The position numbers and the translations under genes were made by a program. DNA of 64,000 nt from Limisphaerales bacterium. Its GTDB lineage: Bacteria > Verrucomicrobiota > Verrucomicrobiia > Limisphaerales > CAZKNW01. Of the stretch, positions 59,936 to 64,000 are shown piece by piece (the first letter of the stretch is position 1; each line of letters begins with the position of its first letter). Below the pieces are notes generated by a model, which made no database searches, was not told the origin of the DNA, and saw nothing but the letters and a program-made list of their open reading frames with translations. The DNA lies in the NCBI GenBank assembly GCA_965658675.1, contig CBFHTT010000031.1, forward strand, positions 51,320 through 115,319, given 5' to 3'.

Positions 59936-61308
59936 GCCAACCTCGCTTTGCTGTAATCGGCCCTCCCAACAAAGGGAAGTCCAGCATCGTCGCAGCCTTG
60001 GCCCGCGATGATTCAGTCACTGTAAGCGCGACTCCGGGCACCACCACACTGCATCATGAGTATCCGATGCAGGTGGACGGGCAGATTCTCTACACCCTTT
60101 TCGATACACCCGGTTTTCAACGGGCACGAAGAGTTCTGAGCTGGCTCAAGGAAACCAATTCCGGGCCAGCGGATCGTCCGGCAACCATTCAACGGTTCAT
60201 TGATGAACATCAGGCTCAAGGGATGTTTCCAGATGAATGTGAGTTGCTGGCTCCTTTGACTGAGCCATGTGGGATTCTCTACGTCGTCGACGGCTCCGTG
60301 CCATACGGTCCTGAATACGAGGCTGAAATGGAGATTCTCCAATGGACCGGACGACCACGGATGGCATTGATCAATCAGATCAGCCCAGCAGATCATGTCG
60401 AGGAATGGAAGACGGCATTGGGACAATTCTTCAATCTCACCAGAGTCTTCAATGCACGAACCGCGGACTTTCAACGCCAGGTGGATCTGCTCGATGCATT
60501 GGGCGAACTGGATCCATCATGGAAACCCAGCCTTCAGTCAGCCACTGGCTTCCTCCAATCCGAACGACAGCAACGGCTGGACCGCGCATCAGATCATATC
60601 GCGGATATGCTCGAAATGATGCTCACGCACCGGGTCGAGAAGGAATTTGATCTGAAGAAGATACCAGAGTCTGAGATCGAGAAGGCACAGCAGGCATTCG
60701 AGAAGCGTCTGCAGGATGAGGAAGTTCGCTGTAGGCGAAGGGTTGAAGAACTCTACCATCACCTGCGCATTCAACGTATCGAAGATGCCCTTCCTGTTTT
60801 GAAAGGAGCATCACTATTCAGCGATGAGGCATGGAGAATCTTTGGCCTCAGTCGTCGTACCCTGGCTTCGTTGGGTGCCGCAAGCGGTGCTTTGGCTGGC
60901 GGTGTGATTGATCTTGCAGTTGGAGGGAGTTCCTTGCTGGCAGGCACCTTGATTGGAGCCAGCGCTGGTGCGGTGACTTCCTTCTTTGGTAGTCGCAAGC
61001 TCGCCAAAGCCAAGGTCCTCAGTCTCACCTTGGGGATGAAGCAGCTGGTTCTCGGCCCCGTGCAGAATCCTCAATTCGCTCATGTGGTCTTGGAACGCGC
61101 GCGTTTGCATCATCAACTGGTGGCCAATCGTTCACACGCCATGAGAGACCAACTCGACATGACCTCTCTCAAATCCGACCTCTGCCCTCCCCTCCAAGGC
61201 GAAACCCTGAAAGCACTCGACAAGGAGTTCCGCAATCTCGCCAAGGACTCTGAACTGAAATCACGCGAAGATTTCAGGCAGCTCGTAAGTGAAGCGCTCA
61301 CGCAGTAA
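59932..61308 (+). CDS. TRAFAC-class small GTPase domain fused to a C-terminal DUF3482-like region with glycine-zipper membrane segment.
   Basis: G1 GPPNKGKSS. G2 PGTT. G3 DTPG. C-terminal LASLGAASGALAGGVIDLAVGGSSLLAGTLIGASAGAV. Confidence 0.6.
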   Translation: MSQPRFAVIGPPNKGKSSIVAALARDDSVTVSATPGTTTLHHEYPMQVDGQILYTLFDTPGFQRARRVLSWLKETNSGPADRPATIQRFIDEHQAQGMFPDECELLAPLTEPCGILYVVDGSVPYGPEYEAEMEILQWTGRPRMALINQISPADHVEEWKTALGQFFNLTRVFNARTADFQRQVDLLDALGELDPSWKPSLQSATGFLQSERQQRLDRASDHIADMLEMMLTHRVEKEFDLKKIPESEIEKAQQAFEKRLQDEEVRCRRRVEELYHHLRIQRIEDALPVLKGASLFSDEAWRIFGLSRRTLASLGAASGALAGGVIDLAVGGSSLLAGTLIGASAGAVTSFFGSRKLAKAKVLSLTLGMKQLVLGPVQNPQFAHVVLERARLHHQLVANRSHAMRDQLDMTSLKSDLCPPLQGETLKALDKEFRNLAKDSELKSREDFRQLVSEALTQ

Positions 61309-61361
61309 GCAACCAATCGATTGATCAGATCAAAACAATCGATCTGCACTACCTCCCCCCA

Positions 61362-61405
61362 ACAAAGAAAAAGCCCGGCAGGCTTGCGCCTACCGGGCTG
61401 ATTCG
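61362..61405. terminator. Probable bidirectional Rho-independent terminator between the GTPase gene (+) and glnK (-).
   Basis: Hairpin GCCCGGCAGG-CTTGCG-CCTACCGGGC, flanked by AAAAA upstream on the plus strand. The minus-strand reading has CTTTTTCTTTG after the stem. Confidence 0.55.
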
Positions 61406-61422
61406 ATTCCTCCTGAAAGGGC

Positions 61423-61779
<357 letters not shown>

Positions 61780-61799
61780 TTATTCTTCAGTTGGTCGGT

Positions 61800-63230
61800 C
61801 TATTTCTCTGCGACAGAAACGAAGTCAGGATAGGCATGCTGACCATGCTCAGAGATATCGAGTCCTTCCTCTTCCTCTTCAGCATCCACACGCCAGAGAC
61901 CTGCGCTCTTGAGCACGATGGCGAGAACCAATGAGAAGACGAAAGCGAAGATACCGAACGAGAGAGTTCCGATAAGCTGACTGACGAAAGAGAATCCTTC
62001 GCCGAAGATGGCTACAGCCAACGTTCCCCAGACACCGCAAACACCGTGCACAGAGATGGCTCCAACTGGATCGTCGATCTTGGCCTTGTCGAAGAAAAGG
62101 ATGGAAGGAACAACGATGATACCAGCGATGATACCGATGATCACGGATCCCCAAACGGACACAACATCAGCACCAGCAGTGATTCCGACGAGCCCAGCAA
62201 GGATACCATTGAGAGCCATGGTCAAATCAGGGTTTTTGATCATGACCATTGAAGTCACGATAGAAGCCAACGCACCGGCAGCAGCAGCCAAGCAGGTGGT
62301 AGTGATCACAAGACCAATGGCTTTCGGATCTGCTGAAAGAACAGAACCGCCATTGAATCCGAACCAACCCAACCAGAGGAGGAATACACCGATGGTGGCG
62401 AGGGGCATCGAGTGACCTAGAATCGGACGAATTTTTCCGTCAACATACTTGCCACGACGTGGGCCAAGGACAAGAGCGGCAGCCAGAGCAGCAAACCCAC
62501 CGAAGGCATGCACTGCAGAAGAACCAGCAAAGTCCTTGAAAGCTCCTCCGCTCAATCCACTTAGGAAACCTCCACCCCAGTGCCAAGAACCAGCAACTGG
62601 ATAACCGATTCCAACAAGGATAACGGCATAGATCATGAACCCCTTCAGGTTGATACGCTCAGCAACAGCACCAGAAACGATGGTTGCAGCGGTCGCTGCG
62701 AACATAGCCTGGAAAATGAAGTCACCAAATCCGGTCATGCACAGACCAACGCCACCATAAGCAAACGTGCCCGCGTCACCTTCATTCAAATCACCAATCA
62801 TTCCACCCAAGGAAAAGAACCCGTTGAAATCACCTGGATAATGAGTGTTGAAACCAAGGAGCGCGTAAGTGATCAGACCAATTGAAATAATAAACACATT
62901 CTTGAACAGAATATTGGTCGTGTTTTTCGCTCTGGTAAGACCTGCTTCGAGAGTTGCGAAGCCCAAATGCATCAGGAACACCAATGCGGCGCAGATGATC
63001 GTCCACACCATGGATAGGGAGAAGAAGTCAAAGGCGTAAGCAGTGGCCCCCTGCCCCTCGACCAGATCGAGGTAACCTTGTTTCGTCTCATCCACTTCGC
63101 CTTCGGCAGCTTCCGCCACCGCTTCAACTGCCGCGGCAACTGCCTCGCCAGCTCCGTCCTGAGCTAATCCCGTTGCTACTGGCGCTATGCACAGCAGCCC
63201 GAGAAGCATGTATTTCCAGAGTTTTTTCAT
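61800..63230 (-). CDS. amt: Ammonium transporter (Amt) with signal peptide.
   Basis: 476 aa. Signal peptide. 11 TM helices. Conserved Amt motifs (DFAGSSAVH, GFNGGS). Paired with glnK. Confidence 0.9.
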   Translation of the reverse strand: MKKLWKYMLLGLLCIAPVATGLAQDGAGEAVAAAVEAVAEAAEGEVDETKQGYLDLVEGQGATAYAFDFFSLSMVWTIICAALVFLMHLGFATLEAGLTRAKNTTNILFKNVFIISIGLITYALLGFNTHYPGDFNGFFSLGGMIGDLNEGDAGTFAYGGVGLCMTGFGDFIFQAMFAATAATIVSGAVAERINLKGFMIYAVILVGIGYPVAGSWHWGGGFLSGLSGGAFKDFAGSSAVHAFGGFAALAAALVLGPRRGKYVDGKIRPILGHSMPLATIGVFLLWLGWFGFNGGSVLSADPKAIGLVITTTCLAAAAGALASIVTSMVMIKNPDLTMALNGILAGLVGITAGADVVSVWGSVIIGIIAGIIVVPSILFFDKAKIDDPVGAISVHGVCGVWGTLAVAIFGEGFSFVSQLIGTLSFGIFAFVFSLVLAIVLKSAGLWRVDAEEEEEGLDISEHGQHAYPDFVSVAEK

Positions 63231-63289
63231 AGTTTGTTTTGTATCTTATTTGTTGGTTAGTGCGCTTAATACGTTCAGCGAACGTCCTT

Positions 63290-63306
63290 AAGCACCCCCC
63301 TTGCCA
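63290..63306 (-). promoter_or_regulatory. Candidate sigma-54 (-24/-12) promoter for amt-glnK.
   Basis: Minus-strand sequence TGGCAAGGGGGGTGCTT has GG and GC separated by 10 nt (TGGCA-N-TGC core). Lies about 60-75 nt upstream of the amt ATG in an AT-rich 330-bp intergenic region. Confidence 0.35.
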
Positions 63307-63560
63307 AAAAAATTATTTTTTTGTAATTCGGCACAAAAAACCAACAAAACCGGCATAAAAAAGTTTAATTCATTTTATTCATGATCCGATTCTATTTGAT
63401 TCACCTGAACCAATTCGGCCGAACTGTTGCTTTTTAGACAGTTGAAAAAGATACACTTCGGCCTCAAACGTCGAAAATGGCCTGATTCGCATCATTTTCA
63501 CCACTGCCCCCTTTTTCTTTCTGATTTATCCTCCCTTGTTCCTCTGCTAAACCCTCAGCA

Positions 63561-64000
63561 ATGCGTTTCATTCAGACCTCCATCATGTTGTTCTTGTTGG
63601 CTCTGTGCGCATCAGCAGCGTCTCTTCCCAACCTGAAGTTTCCCGAAGTCAGTGTTCGCAGTGAATCAGGCCAATTCACTGCCACAGGCCCTCGAACAAC
63701 TATCCAAAGACGTGTCTTTGAGGTCTCAGAGCACAACCAATTGCTGAAGGTTCACACCTCGCTCCTCCCTATGATGAGTGAAAATGTGTCCAAAGGAGTC
63801 TTTTCCATCCTCAAGACTGAGGAGCCATGGAAGCACAGGATCATCCTGAAGGTGGATCCAGATCTACCTCCCAACAGTGATATCGTGGTGATTACCTACC
63901 AGGTCGTGAAGCAACACAGCTACAAGGTGATCGTGCCAGAGTACGTAGATGGGAGAAAACTCACCAAGGCATTGGTGAATGTGACGTTGAAGGAATACGC
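63561..64000 (+). CDS. Secreted hypothetical protein, N-terminal fragment (runs off the window end).
   Basis: ATG at 63561, then MRFIQTSIMLFLLALCASAAS signal peptide. Open frame to position 64000. Absent from the ORF track because no stop lies in the window. Confidence 0.5.
   Translation, partial: MRFIQTSIMLFLLALCASAASLPNLKFPEVSVRSESGQFTATGPRTTIQRRVFEVSEHNQLLKVHTSLLPMMSENVSKGVFSILKTEEPWKHRIILKVDPDLPPNSDIVVITYQVVKQHSYKVIVPEYVDGRKLTKALVNVTLKEY

Overview
This 64 kb window is a densely coded bacterial chromosome segment (about 50 genes, almost no non-coding DNA). It has no rRNA, tRNA, CRISPR array, transposase or integrase that I could detect. The gene content suggests a PVC-superphylum organism (Verrucomicrobiota/Planctomycetota-like), but that is inference only: three adjacent formylglycine-type sulfatases, a pseudopilin-like segment like those common in these phyla, and Lys/Ala/Pro-rich tails on housekeeping proteins. 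Housekeeping genes include hom-thrC-lysC, signal peptidase I, pyruvate phosphate dikinase, folB, amt-glnK, a ClC channel and an ABC-2 exporter. Three regions stand out. First, a five-gene minus-strand cluster (45782-54559): TolC-like outer-membrane protein, periplasmic HlyD adaptor, GAF-HlyD fusion, S2P/M50-protease-HlyD fusion and a truncated SecA-like motor ATPase, with no ABC/RND/MFS pump. This looks like an undescribed envelope-spanning export machine. Second, an NfeD-like/flotillin/1791-aa MoxR-type AAA+ giant protein operon (30283-38542). Third, an Amt-PAS ammonium transporter translationally coupled to a hybrid histidine kinase whose periplasmic sensor carries a CxxCH heme-c motif (22930-27428). 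Smaller oddities are listed in the findings, starting with a pair of coiled-coil ExbD/TolR paralogs next to a zinc-ribbon TonB-architecture protein with no ExbB partner, and a frameshifted membrane-anchored TIR-like gene. All calls rest on reading the six-frame translations for motifs; no database search was possible.
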